In this document: positions 1 to 11,050 of the stretch, one piece after another
How the letters are laid out: each line of letters opens with the position of its first letter
Position numbering within the stretch: the first letter of the stretch is position 1
Origin: Macrostomum lignano
Taxonomy: Eukaryota
Assembly: GCA_002269645.1 (NCBI GenBank)
Contig: NIVC01005030.1
Coordinates: forward strand, 1-28,228
Length of the DNA stretch: 28,228 nucleotides
Direction: 5' to 3'
Position numbers and translations under genes: made by a program
The notes under the pieces: model-generated
What the model was told of the DNA's origin: nothing
Seen by the model: only the letters and a program-made list of their open reading frames with translations
Database searches by the model: none

Positions 1-2480
1 CTCTGCATATGCAATTACATACAGCATTGCACTGGCTCTTTCTAAACACGCAAAAAACAATTAAAATTTTGCGACTCTCTCAACTCAATTCAAACAGTCT
101 CACAAGTGGAAATGGTTTAAATAATAGCATTTTTGTTTAAATTTAACGCTTTTTTAATCGATTCAAATTTTCAAATCAATCACGTGTGGCGTGTGGGACA
201 TGAGTTGGTGCGATGGGAGAACTGAGAGTCGAGAGCTGAGCTGATCCTTCCTTCATTTCTATTCTATTTTTTGCCATTCATTGATTTGAGTCGATCATTG
301 TCTCTACATTGTATCATTTCACATCACATTGTTGTAAACGACCAAATATGAATAAAAGAGGCCGGATCCCACATTCCCAACTCAAATACACAGGCAAAGT
401 TTTAGAAGTAGAAATAAAAAGTAGTCGGCACGACTCCCCGGATTGGATTGGCACACCGCCATATCAGAATCAGACTCAAAACATGCAGACTTTGCGTCTG
501 AAAGACACAAACATGAGACGTATAGCAATATAGCAACAAGGCAAGATCAGACTTAGATCTCAAACAAGACAAGATCTTAGTTGATTCTTTCTCATACAGT
601 ACAGAGGATTTCTGGTGCATTGTGTTTTTGTTCTTTCTGCCAAATTCTTTTCTAACTAACAAAACACGATAAAAATCGTGTAAAATGTAAACATTTACAT
701 CTTAATTTACATTGAACATAAAAATTCTGTATCATATACGTGATTGTCGTCAATTTGAGATTAATAGGAGGTAGTAGCTAGTAGTTGATCATTTCTGTAG
801 GATTAGATTCAAAACCAAATTCAAAATTCAAAACCAACAACATGTTCGTTCGGAAAAGGACAAGTGTCCTTGTCTTCTTTAGTCTAGTCTCTCGACCGAG
901 CTCCGAACTAACAATTTACTTTTACACAGACACAACACAACACAATACAACCCACACTTCGCCTACTACTTACTGGCCATTAGTATGGGCCACCCACTGG
1001 CAATGGCCCCTCTTATCCCAGTTTTTTTCGGAAACGAAAACCAACCCACTCTCCCGGACGCGGGGGGTGGGGCTCGACCGTATGTGTGTGTGTGGGGGGG
1101 GGTTTGTTGACTTTTATGACCTTCCCCGTCCGCGACCCACTGGTAAAGTTATTGCCTCCCTCAACTAAAAGGCGCAACCCCGAACCCCAACCCACCCTTA
1201 CCCACTCGGAAAGTAAAAATAAACTCAGTTAAGGTTGAAACGATAACTTTTTTCAGCTTTATCCCTTTCTCGAGTCATCATCATTCTCATTATTAAAAGC
1301 GGCGTAAAGTTTCTACGTAAACTATTAAAAGCAAAGCAACGTGACAGTCCGAATATCAGTGTGAAATTAATGAATGAAAGACTACCTTATTATGTAATTA
1401 AATTTTAATTTACCTTTATCTAATTAGAACAAAAATGAATAAAGCAACCAAACCGTCCTGAAAAAAAACTGTAAATTAGAATACTTCAAACTTGATGACG
1501 AGGTAAATCGCTTTCGAATTCGGATTTAAAATTGTCACTAATCACTAGATCGTATTGAGAGATTTTAAAGTATAAACCACCAATGGTACATATTTAGCAC
1601 TCCATATACATGGCTTTTGTTAATTAAGTAATTAAGAAAAAGCATCTGAGAGTCTGAGCTGAGCAAACCTTATTTAACTCTTCTCTCAGTCTCACCTGGC
1701 CTCACAAAGTCAAATTTTAATTCGGCTTTTTGAGTGAGTAAATTATGAAGATCTTAATTGTGACCGGATTGTGCCATGTGCTGTGCTCTCTATCTCTGGA
1801 GTCTGGGAGCCATCTACTGTAATTATTATAAAACAGTAACGTAACTTATAATATAAATACAACACATTGCTCGCTTTGTCACACTTAATCAGGCTATATT
1901 ATTAAATTAGTTTGGTTGGCGGTAAAAACGGGTGGGGTACTGGGTAGGTGGCGGAAAAAGGCCAAAGGCGCGGCTTCGTTTGAAGTTGTTTAAAGAATTA
2001 GAATTTTAGCGCGGCGTAAAACGGTGCTGTAATAAATACAATGCATTTTCAACCGCCAACCAGTTACCAAAGTGGGTCCATTTTCAATGATCAATGGTCG
2101 TGTAAATTGTGAGTGCAGATGCAGATAATATAAATATTATGCTCGGACTATAATTCAGCGGCATCAAGTTTATTAACTTTCTAATGTTTCCTTCAGAAGT
2201 GCGCGATACCAGACTTAAGCAGGTGCAGTGTCTGTGCAGTTGTAACTGCTGTAGTTACTATATGCAGTTCTTACGAGTACATTAGTTTAGTGCAGTGTCG
2301 TATCCAAGGTTTTTCCCTGGGGGGGGGGGGGGCAGCCGACACCCGCTAAATCCATAAGTGTTGTAGAGATACAAAACTACCAGAGTTTAAAACTACAAAA
2401 TTCATGTACACGACAAGCTGTATCAATAATGCACAAGATTACATGATGCACGAGTATTGAGAACACGCAACAGTACTCCT

Positions 2481-3365
2481 TGCATCTGCATCTCCCATCC
2501 TGCATCTCACCCTGGCCTCCCTCTGCATCTCTATGCGTCTCACTCTCCCATCCCTCTGCATCTCATCCTAGCATCCCTCTGTATCTCATCCTAGCATCCA
2601 TCTGCATCTCCATCTCCCATCCTTCTGCATCTCACCCTGGCCTCCCTCTGCATCTCTATGCGTCTCACTCTACCATCCCTCTGCATCTCATCCTAGCATC
2701 CCTCTGTATCTCATCCTAGCATCCCTCTGCATCTCACCCTATACTATCCTTCTGTATCTCATCCTAGCATCCATCTGCATCTCCATCTCCCATCCCTCTG
2801 CATCTCATCCTAGCATCCCTCTGCATCTCATCCTAGCATCCATCTGCATCTCCATCTCCCATCCCTCTGCATCTCATCCTAGCATCCCTCTGTATCTCAT
2901 CCTAGCATCCATCTGCATCTCCATCTCCCATCCCTCTGCATCTCATCCTAGCATCCCTCTGCATCTCATCCTAGCATCCCTCTGCATCTCGCCCTACCAT
3001 CTCTCTGCATCTCACCCTACCATCTCTCTGCATCTCACCCTACCATCCCTCTGCATCTCACCCTACCCTCCCTCTGCATCTCACCCTACCATTCCTCTGC
3101 ATCTCACCCTACCATTCCTCTGCATCTCACCCTACCCTCCCTCTGCATCTCACCCTACCATTCCTCTGCATCTCACCCTACCATTCCTCTGCATCTCACC
3201 CTACCCTCCCTCTGCATCTCACCCTACCATTCCTCTGCATCTCACCCTACCCTCCCTCTGCATCTCACCCTACCATTCCTCTGCATCTTACCCTCCATTC
3301 CTCTGCATCTCACCCTACCCTCCCTCTGCATCTCACCCTACCATTCCTCTGCATCTTACCCTCCC
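2481..3365. repeat. 23-bp pyrimidine-rich minisatellite (tctcatcctagcatccctctgca / tctcaccctaccattcctctgca)
   Basis: Direct 23-bp periodicity; roughly 38 units, with the variant changing along the array. Confidence 0.95.
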
Positions 3366-4219
3366 TCATCACTCACCTCTCTATTAATCGCATTTCACGT
3401 CTAAAATAAACGCGCAGGAAAAAATACAAAATCTTAAATATAAATCAGTCAGTATTATTTCAAACAATTCAAAGTTTAGCTTTAATAACAAAACTAAACT
3501 AAAGTTTATAAAACAGTAACAAACAATATTATTATTTGTATGAAATTAAACAGAGTTTCTATATTATTCAATATATAATATATGCCGAATAGCTTTGCCT
3601 TAGGACAGATTACAGAAACAATGCAATAGTCGAGGAGTAAAAAGGCGAGTTGTCGGAGTTGCATCAGGAGAGAAGGAGTGGACTATAATATTCATAATTA
3701 TAGGCGAGCACAGTGAGTGGATTTTAATCAGATTCCCATGCACACACACACAAGACACAGAAGGTGGCAATAACCATGCATGGTCAAACCAAATTTTCGA
3801 ATATTTCTTGAATCTTCACTAAATTAAATAATGTTGGCACATTAATGTATATTAATCGAGCATATAGTTAATATGACACTCCTTACTGCTGAAAAAGAAG
3901 CATTATTAAAGGAAAGAGAATTAGTGCTCTAGCGCAAAAGAAAATAAACAAAATAATTATGTAATATGCATGTGGGCCTGGCATTCAGGCTTTTATGATC
4001 TGTACAAACAAATCATATTTTTAGTGATGATAACAGTACAGCTAAACATGACAACAGAAACTCACATTGCATTTTATCGTGCAACAAGGCGGTAAAGATT
4101 TTTTTAAATCCCTTTTTGTAGGAAAGAATTCCCTCGAAAGTTGTTGAACTTCGAAGCGTTTAAAATTGATAAAGGGACAGGGTAAAATGCTTTGATTAAA
4201 TTGTTGAAAATATATATTG

Positions 4220-4648
4220 TTAAGCGTGCTCCAGCTTCACTTCTGTTGATGAAGCGTGAAGATGCTGCTGCTGATGCTGTAACATCATGTGATGCTGAGT
4301 TAAGTGATGCTGCTGTTGCTGCTGCAGTTGATGCTGCAGTTGATGATGCTGCTGCTGCAGCTGCTGATGAGGCATCAGATGCGATGCAGCAACCGCTTCA
4401 GATAATAACAGATTGGACATTGATGACGGACTGCCCAGCTGCACCGCACCGTCCTTGAGGCTGCCGCTGTTATTGTTATTATTGTTGTTGTTGTGGCAGA
4501 TGTTGCTGAAATCCTGCTCAGAGTGAGCACTCGAAATGTCCGCGGCCGCAGCCGCCGCCGCTGAAGGCTTCGAACCTCCGCCGCCGCCGCCGCTGCTCTT
4601 CTTCTGTCGGCGCTCTTTGGCACGACGGTTTTGAAACCAGATCTTGAT
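4220..4648 (-). CDS. Cdx: Cdx coding exon 3 (helix 3 and Gln/His-rich C-terminus)
   Basis: Acceptor cccgcag|ATC; encodes IKIWFQNRRAKERRQKKSSGGG...EVKLEHA, with TAA at 4222-4220. 429 nt in frame. Total CDS 796+149+429 = 1374 nt (457 aa + stop). Confidence 0.95.
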   Translation of the reverse strand: MKIWFQNRRAKERRQKKSSGGGGGGSKPSAAAAAAADISSAHSEQDFSNICHNNNNNNNNSGSLKDGAVQLGSPSSMSNLLLSEAVAASHLMPHQQLQQQHHQLQHQLQQQQQHHLTQHHMMLQHQQQHLHASSTEVKLEHA

Positions 4649-4738
4649 CTGCGGGATATGGGATATGGGATATTTAAAGTGGATGGCTCTATTGGTTAGG
4701 GAAACTTGACCTTTTAGTAAATGTTAGTACACTTGAAT

Positions 4739-5134
4739 GGGATCTGTTTGAATTCTACCTGGGATCTGTTTGAATTCTACCTGGGATCTGTTTGAATTCT
4801 ACCTGGGATCTGTTTGAATTCTACCTGGGATCTGTTTGAATTCTACCTGGGATCTGTTTGAATTCTACCTGGGATCTGTTTGAATTCTACCTGGGATCTG
4901 TTTGAATTCTACCTGGGATCTGTTTGAATTCTACCTGGGATCTGTTTGAATTCTACCTGGGATCTGTTTGAATTCTACCTGGGATCTGTTTGAATTCTAC
5001 CTGGGATCTGTTTGAATTCTACCTGGGATCTGTTTGAATTCTACCTGGGATCTGTTTGAATTCTACCTGGGATCTGTTTGAATTCTACCTGGGATCTGTT
5101 TGAATTCTACCTGGGATCTGTTTGAATTCTACCT
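4739..5134. repeat. Perfect 22-bp minisatellite (gggatctgtttgaattctacct) x18
   Basis: 18 identical head-to-tail units with no spacers; one EcoRI site per unit. Confidence 0.98.
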
Positions 5135-5790
5135 GGGATCTGCTGGGACTGTAGGATCTGTTTTGGGACTGTATAGGATCTGTTTTGGGACTGTATAGGA
5201 ACTGTTTTGGGACTGTGGGATCTGTTTTGGGACTGTATAGGATCTGTTTTGGGACTGTGGGATCTGTTTTGAAACCGTGGGATCTGTTTTGGGACTGTAT
5301 AGGATCTGTTTTAGGACTGTGGGATCTGTTTTGAAACTGTCGGATCTGTTTTGGGACTGTGGGATCTGTTTTGAAACTGTGGGATCTGTTTTGGGACTGT
5401 GGGATCTCTTTTGGGACTGTGGGATCTGTTTTGGGACTGTATAGGATCTGTTTTGGGACTGTAGTATCTGTTTTGGGACTGTGGGATCTGTTTTGGGACT
5501 GTATAGGATCTGTTTTAGGACTGTAGGATCTGTTTTGAAACTGTGGGATCTGTTTTGGGACTGTGGGATCTGTTTTAGGACTGTTGGATCTGTTTTGGGA
5601 CTGTATAGGATCTGTTTTGGGACTGTATAGGATCTGTTTTAGGACTGTGGGATCTGTTTTGAAACTGTCGGATCTGTTTTGGGACTGTGGGAGGGATCTA
5701 TATTGGGACTGTGGGATCTGTTTTGGGACTGTGGGATATGTTTTGGGACTGTGGCATCTGTTTTGGGACTGCTGGGATTCGGGATCTCAA
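5135..5790. repeat. Degenerate 22-24-bp minisatellite (gggatctgttttgggactgt[ata])
   Basis: Repeated GGATCTGTTTT core with variable tails; contiguous with the perfect array. Confidence 0.95.
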
Positions 5791-6935
5791 GGATTGCAGG
5801 ACAGTGGGGATCTCGGGGACAAAAATTTTCAGAATAAGAAGCTCATGAACATTTTGGTGCATACTCTGCACAGAATTCCGAAATGATCGAACCAAATTTA
5901 AAATTTAATGCCTTCACGAATTTGAAGCCCACACAAACCCTGTCTTTGCTTCAGGAGCATGATTTATGACAGTCTAGTTGGGCAACGCGGCAACAATGCA
6001 GCTTAACAACAAGCATCAGAACTGCATCAGAAGTTTGATAATTGAAACTGATAAAAACTGTTCTGCTGATAATTATTCTCCGAATATGTGAGCACAGCAG
6101 CGCAGACTGTGAGACCACGCCCCCTTTCCATTCCTATATGGGTATGCATAGCCAATTTGCACAGTTACAAATTAATAAGTCAAAAGATTGCGTCATCAAT
6201 CTCCCCTAGCAATAATATAACAATAGGATTATATACAATAATATATACCATGACAGATCTGCAGCTAATCTTAGCCTTATAAAAGTTACTCTAGTCAGAG
6301 TATAGAATGTGCCTAAATAACTAAACATGAGCATAGTTGTTTGCATACATAGACAAGCGGGGAAATTAGTCAACCATAACCGCGCTTGCAAAGATTTTTA
6401 GATAAATTTCAGTATGGAGAAGAACAATAGAGGTATATATGACACACTGGCAAATATATAGTATAGAGCCCGCTTAGATACCAATTGACCAGATCTTATA
6501 AATCCAAGGCGTGGAGGATGAATGAATGAATGGATGGGATGGATGGAGGGGTCAAGTTTTGCGAGTCAAGCTCCGAGAAATGCACAGTGAAAGACAGACA
6601 ATAAATTCCCCCGGTCACAACCCGTTACAGATCGCTGCTTTCGAGTTTCAGTTCGGGAGAGGAGAGGAAAGGAAAGGTTGAGGGTTGCGTCAGCATTGTT
6701 ACCATGCAGAGTTGAAAATTTTATTTTGATTTGCGATCTCTAACTATTGTGTATACAATAGCCTCAAACCGCGTGCTCACTGCAGGAGTCACTCTATGCT
6801 CAGTTTGATCGGCTCACAAAATCAAGGTACGAAATCTTGATAACTTTCCAAGCCTTATTTCTTCCACAGTAAACACAACTGTTTTGATTAAAACTTAGAC
6901 AAGCTTAAAGAGCTTAAACTTAGGGCGCGTTCTGA

Positions 6936-7097
6936 ACCCGAAACTGCATGACAAATACCCGAAACTGCATGACAAACACCCGAAACTGCATGACAAACAC
7001 CCGAAACTGCATGACAAACACCCGAAACTGCATGAAAAATACCCGAAACTGCATGAAAAATACCCGAAACTGCATGACAAATACCCGAAACTGCATG
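6936..7097. repeat. 21-bp minisatellite (acccgaaactgcatgacaaat)
   Basis: About 7.7 units; explains the SCSFGYF repeat ORF. Confidence 0.97.
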
Positions 7098-7150
7098 AAC
7101 CTAAAACTTTATTATCCCAAAAGCTAATAAAATTATGAGCATAGACTCAC

Positions 7151-7299
7151 CTGTCGCTCGGACAAATGCAGAATGCCGGACAATTCTGATTTTCTAGCCG
7201 AAGTTATGTACTTCTGATAGTGATACTCCTTTTCCAGCTCAAAGCGCTGCTGGGAGTTGTACACCTGCCTGTATTTGTCTTGAGTCCGAGTTTTCATCT
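7151..7299 (-). CDS. Cdx: Cdx coding exon 2 (homeodomain N-arm to residue 44)
   Basis: Acceptor ctttcag|AG; encodes [49 protein letters not shown], matching the diagnostic Cdx KTRTKDKYRVVY...ELEKE...YIT pattern. Donor CAG|gtgagt at 7150 is the conserved intron position between homeodomain residues 44 and 45. Confidence 0.96.
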
Positions 7300-7370
7300 C
7301 TGAAAGGCGAGCAAAGGAACACAAGGAAACGTATAGTATATTGTTCTTACCAGAACACCATTAAACCATA

Positions 7371-8424
7371 GAGTGAGATAAACTGCAGCGACAGTGAGAT
7401 AGAGTGAGATAAACTGCAGCGACAGTGAGATAAAAGAGTGAGATAAACTGAAGCGACAGTGAGATAGAAGAGTGAGATAAACTGCAGTGACAGTGAGATA
7501 GAGTGAGATAAACTGCAGTGACAGTGAGATAGAGTGAGATAAACTGCAGTGACAGTGAGATAGAGTGAGATAAACTGCAGCGACAGTGAGATAAACTGCA
7601 GTGACAGTGAGATAGAGTGAGATAAACTGCAGTGACAGTGAGATAGAGTGAGATAAACTGCAGTGACAGTGAGATAGAGTGAGATAAACTGCAGCGACAG
7701 TGAGATAAACTGCAGTGACAGTGAGATAGAGTGAGATAAACTGCAGTGACAGTGAGATAGAGTGAGATAAACTGCAGTGACAGTGAGATAGAAGAGTGAG
7801 ATAAACTGCAGTGACAGTGAAATAGAGTGAGATAAACTGCAGTGACAGTGAGATAGAAGATTGAGATAAACTGCAGTGACAGTGAGATAGAAGATTGAGA
7901 TAAACTGCAGCGACAGTGAGATAGAAGAGTGAGATAAACTGCAGTGACAGTGAGATAGAGTGAGATAAACTGCAGTGACAGTGAGATAGAGTGAGATAAA
8001 CTGCAGCGACAGTGAGATAAACTGCAGTGACAGTGAGATAGAGTGAGATAAACTGCAGTGACAGTGAGATAGAGTGAGATAAACTGCAGTGACAGTGAGA
8101 TAGAGTGAGATAAACTGCAGTGACAGTGAGATAGAGTGAGATAAACTGCAGCGACAGTGAGATAAACTGCAGTGACAGTGAGATAGAGTGAGATAAACTG
8201 CAGTGACAGTGAGATAGAAGAGTGAGATAAACTGCAGTGACAGTGAGATAGAGTGAGATAAACTGCAGTGACAGTGAGATAGAGTGAGATAAACTGCAGT
8301 GACAGTGAGATAGAAGAGTGAGATAAACTGCAGCGACAGTGAGATAGAAGAGTGAGATAAACTGTAGCGACAGTGAGATAAAGAGTGAGATTAACTGCAT
8401 TGACAGTGAAATAAGAGTGACAGT
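7371..8424. repeat. 31-bp minisatellite (gagtgagataaactgcagtgacagtgagata) with 21- and 34-bp variants
   Basis: Direct periodicity over about 1.05 kb; one PstI site per unit. Confidence 0.97.
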
Positions 8425-9029
8425 AGTGAATATAAACAAATCACAGATACTTATATAGCCAATATTTAAAAATAAAAAGCAATTTTGAATTGAACCCATG
8501 CAGAAGGTGGGAATGGAATGCAATAAAGGTGTTAAACTGCAGCTGCTCGGTAGAATGTGACCGTAAAAAGACAGAGAAAATAAACTGCCTGGTTAGAGAA
8601 GAAAAAGAGGTTAGAACCCCTCGAAAACATCCCTAAGAACTTGTCATTGTCATGTCATTATACTTAAGGAATGCTGCTTCGTGAATTCAGAGTTGTACTG
8701 CTCATAATTTTGCTGAATTCCTACTGTTATGAATCCCACGAGTATAACAGATGCGCGTATTTGCACAAAGCAATAGAAAGAATGCCATGTTGAAGCGATT
8801 ACGCTGTAAAACTGTATCTATGCTTAGACACGAGACAGCTATATCTGTGTGACAACTGGCTGGGTTGTCACACTTGAAACCAATGTTCTAACAGCTTCGA
8901 TTGCTCTATAAACTATTTATTTTTGTTGCGCCTCCTTTAAGGAGCCAAGATTAATTTGACCTCGAATGTTAGTGTGACAAGAGTACAGCCGAATCCATAA
9001 ATACAGATTCTCATGGCACTCTGGTTTTT

Positions 9030-9350
9030 GGAATCCATGGTTTAAGGGATCCATGGCTTTAGAGATCGATGGTTTTATGGATCCATGGTTTTGGATTTCT
9101 GGTTTTGCGGATCCATGGTTTTGGTGGATTGCGGGTTTTGAGGATCCATAGTTTTTGGGATCCATGGTTTTGGATTGTGGGTTTTGAGGATCCATGGTTT
9201 TTGGGATCCATGGTTTTGGATTGTGGGTTTTGAGGATCCATGGTTTTTGGGATCCATGATTTTTTGGGAATCCATGGTTTTTGAGATTCATGGTTTTTTG
9301 GATTTCAAGCTTTGGGGATCCATGGTTATAGGGATCCATGGTTTTGGGAT
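9030..9350. repeat. Degenerate ~16-bp repeat with GGATCCATGGTTTT core
   Basis: Recurrent ggatccatggtttt alternating with ggattgtgggtttt units. Confidence 0.9.
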
Positions 9351-10243
9351 CGCTGTTTTTTAGGTTTTAGAGGCCCCCTAGGGATCCCACCAAAAATCTC
9401 TATTTAGGGGCGCTAGCAGTGGCGGCCGTGTTTCAGGGGCACCGGTCCCTGTTTAATTTTATGCAAACTCTTTTCTACCTTACGGATGCATGCGCGCAGA
9501 GGTTGCACAGAAGTTGCAATGGCAGGTGAATAAAGCATTTATAGCTTTCATAGATTAAAGGCTGCTTATTGTTTGTTGCTATGGGCCGGCGCACGACTGC
9601 AGCAAACACGAAGGAGGGTCATAAAACATTAATAATGCCAGTCAAGAAGATATCAACTTGACTCCCGAGTTCGACTTCGTCTTTGTCCTCGGTTGATCGG
9701 TGGGCGGATTTTAAGAGAGCTGCTGGTGCAATATCAATGATTGCCGCGCTACCTACTTGCCTTAGATGTATGGATATTTATTGCATTATTACCCGAAAAC
9801 GGAGTTTCTGTTCGGTAATAAATTAATCAGTTCAGTTGGTACCCATATCCCTAAGGATATTGGTTGGTGGGAGGACAAGATAAGTGGATGCCCTTAGAGA
9901 CGCAATCTGCATAAATTCTTTCTGCATGGTGTTGTGTTTCCCTGTGACCTCAAGCTCAAGTAGCTTCTTTTTTTCGCCGGAAAAGTTAATCTAATGGATT
10001 AATCGGTCCGTAGGTTTTCTAGTTTAGTCCTGCTGAGACTTGGATTTACCTTTATATCTCTGGCTAGGAATCATCATGATCTCGCCAATGTTTCTCGTTG
10101 ATATTACGAAAATCAACGATTTTATAGAGAAAATTTAGAACGGGGCGCTTATTACTAAGATACATGTATATGCGTATTAGGAACAAAATCAAACTCGATG
10201 GGGGACACGCCCTGTGCGCCTCCCCCTATATCCGCTACCGATC

Positions 10244-11000
10244 TTTAGTCTCCTGACTCTCCTATCTATATCTAGTCTCCCGATTGACTCTCCTATCCAA
10301 ATCTAGTCACCCGATTGACTCTCCAATCTATATCTAGTCTCCCGATTGACTCTGCTATCTATCTTTAGTCTCCCGATTGACTCTCCTATCTATATCTAGT
10401 CTCCCGATTGACTCTCCTATCTATCTTTAGTCTCCCGATTGACTCTCCTATCTATCTAGTCTCCCGATTGACTCTCCTATCTATATCTAGTCTCCCGATT
10501 GACTCTCCTATCTATATCTAGTCTCCCGATTGACTCTCCTATCTATATCTAGTCTCCCGATTGACTCTCCTATCTATATCTAGTCTCCCGATTGACTCTC
10601 CTATCTATCTTTAGTCTCCCGATTGACTCTCCTATCTATCTTTAGTCTCCCGATTGACTCTCCTATCTATATCTAGTCTCTTGATTGACTCTCCTATCTA
10701 TATCCTGTCTCCCGATTGACTCTCCTATCTATATCTAGTCTACCGATTGACTCTTCTATCTATATCTAGTCTCCCGATTGACTCTCCTATCTATATCTAG
10801 TCTCCCGATTGACTCTCCTATCTATATTAATATTAGTCTCCCGATTGACTCTCTTATCTATAGTCTCCCGACTCCTATCTTTAGTTTCCTTTCTGTAGTC
10901 TCCCGAATCTAATACATGTATCTAGTCTCCAACTTTACTATCTCTAGTCTCCTAAATCATATCTCTAGGTCTCCGACTTTCTTACCTCTAGTCTCCTGAC
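10244..11000. repeat. 31-bp minisatellite (ctagtctcccgattgactctcctatctatat)
   Basis: 31-bp periodicity (e.g. gactctcc at 10501 and 10532); degenerates after about 10860. Confidence 0.96.
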
Positions 11001-11050
11001 TCGCCGATGCTCATTTCTCATCTCATCACCAGAGCAAAAGCGCAACTCAC

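Noticed and set aside
309-1195. Short ORFs at the left end as a possible Xlox/Gsx or other gene
   Set aside because: No homeobox or other conserved motif in these translations.
3400-4219. MEX-3/Bicoid-type translational control elements in the Cdx 3' UTR
   Set aside because: These motifs are too degenerate to call in AT-rich sequence, and the UTR end is unknown.
4192-4623. Short ORFs 4192-4458(+), 4375-4623(-) and 4220-4444(-) as standalone genes
   Set aside because: Antisense, alternative-frame or partial readings of Cdx exon 3.
4739-5134. CRISPR-like array of identical repeats
   Set aside because: Units are head-to-tail with no unique spacers, there are no cas genes, and it lies in a eukaryotic intron.
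7294-8523. 409-aa ORF (SLSLQFISL repeats)
   Set aside because: Translation of the 31-bp minisatellite inside Cdx intron 1; no domain or splice support.
9417-10240. One large hAT element bounded by cagtggcgg (9417) and tccgctaccg (10240); similar lone ends at about 2292 and 24127
   Set aside because: The ends match poorly and there is no shared TSD; at most orphan transposon termini.
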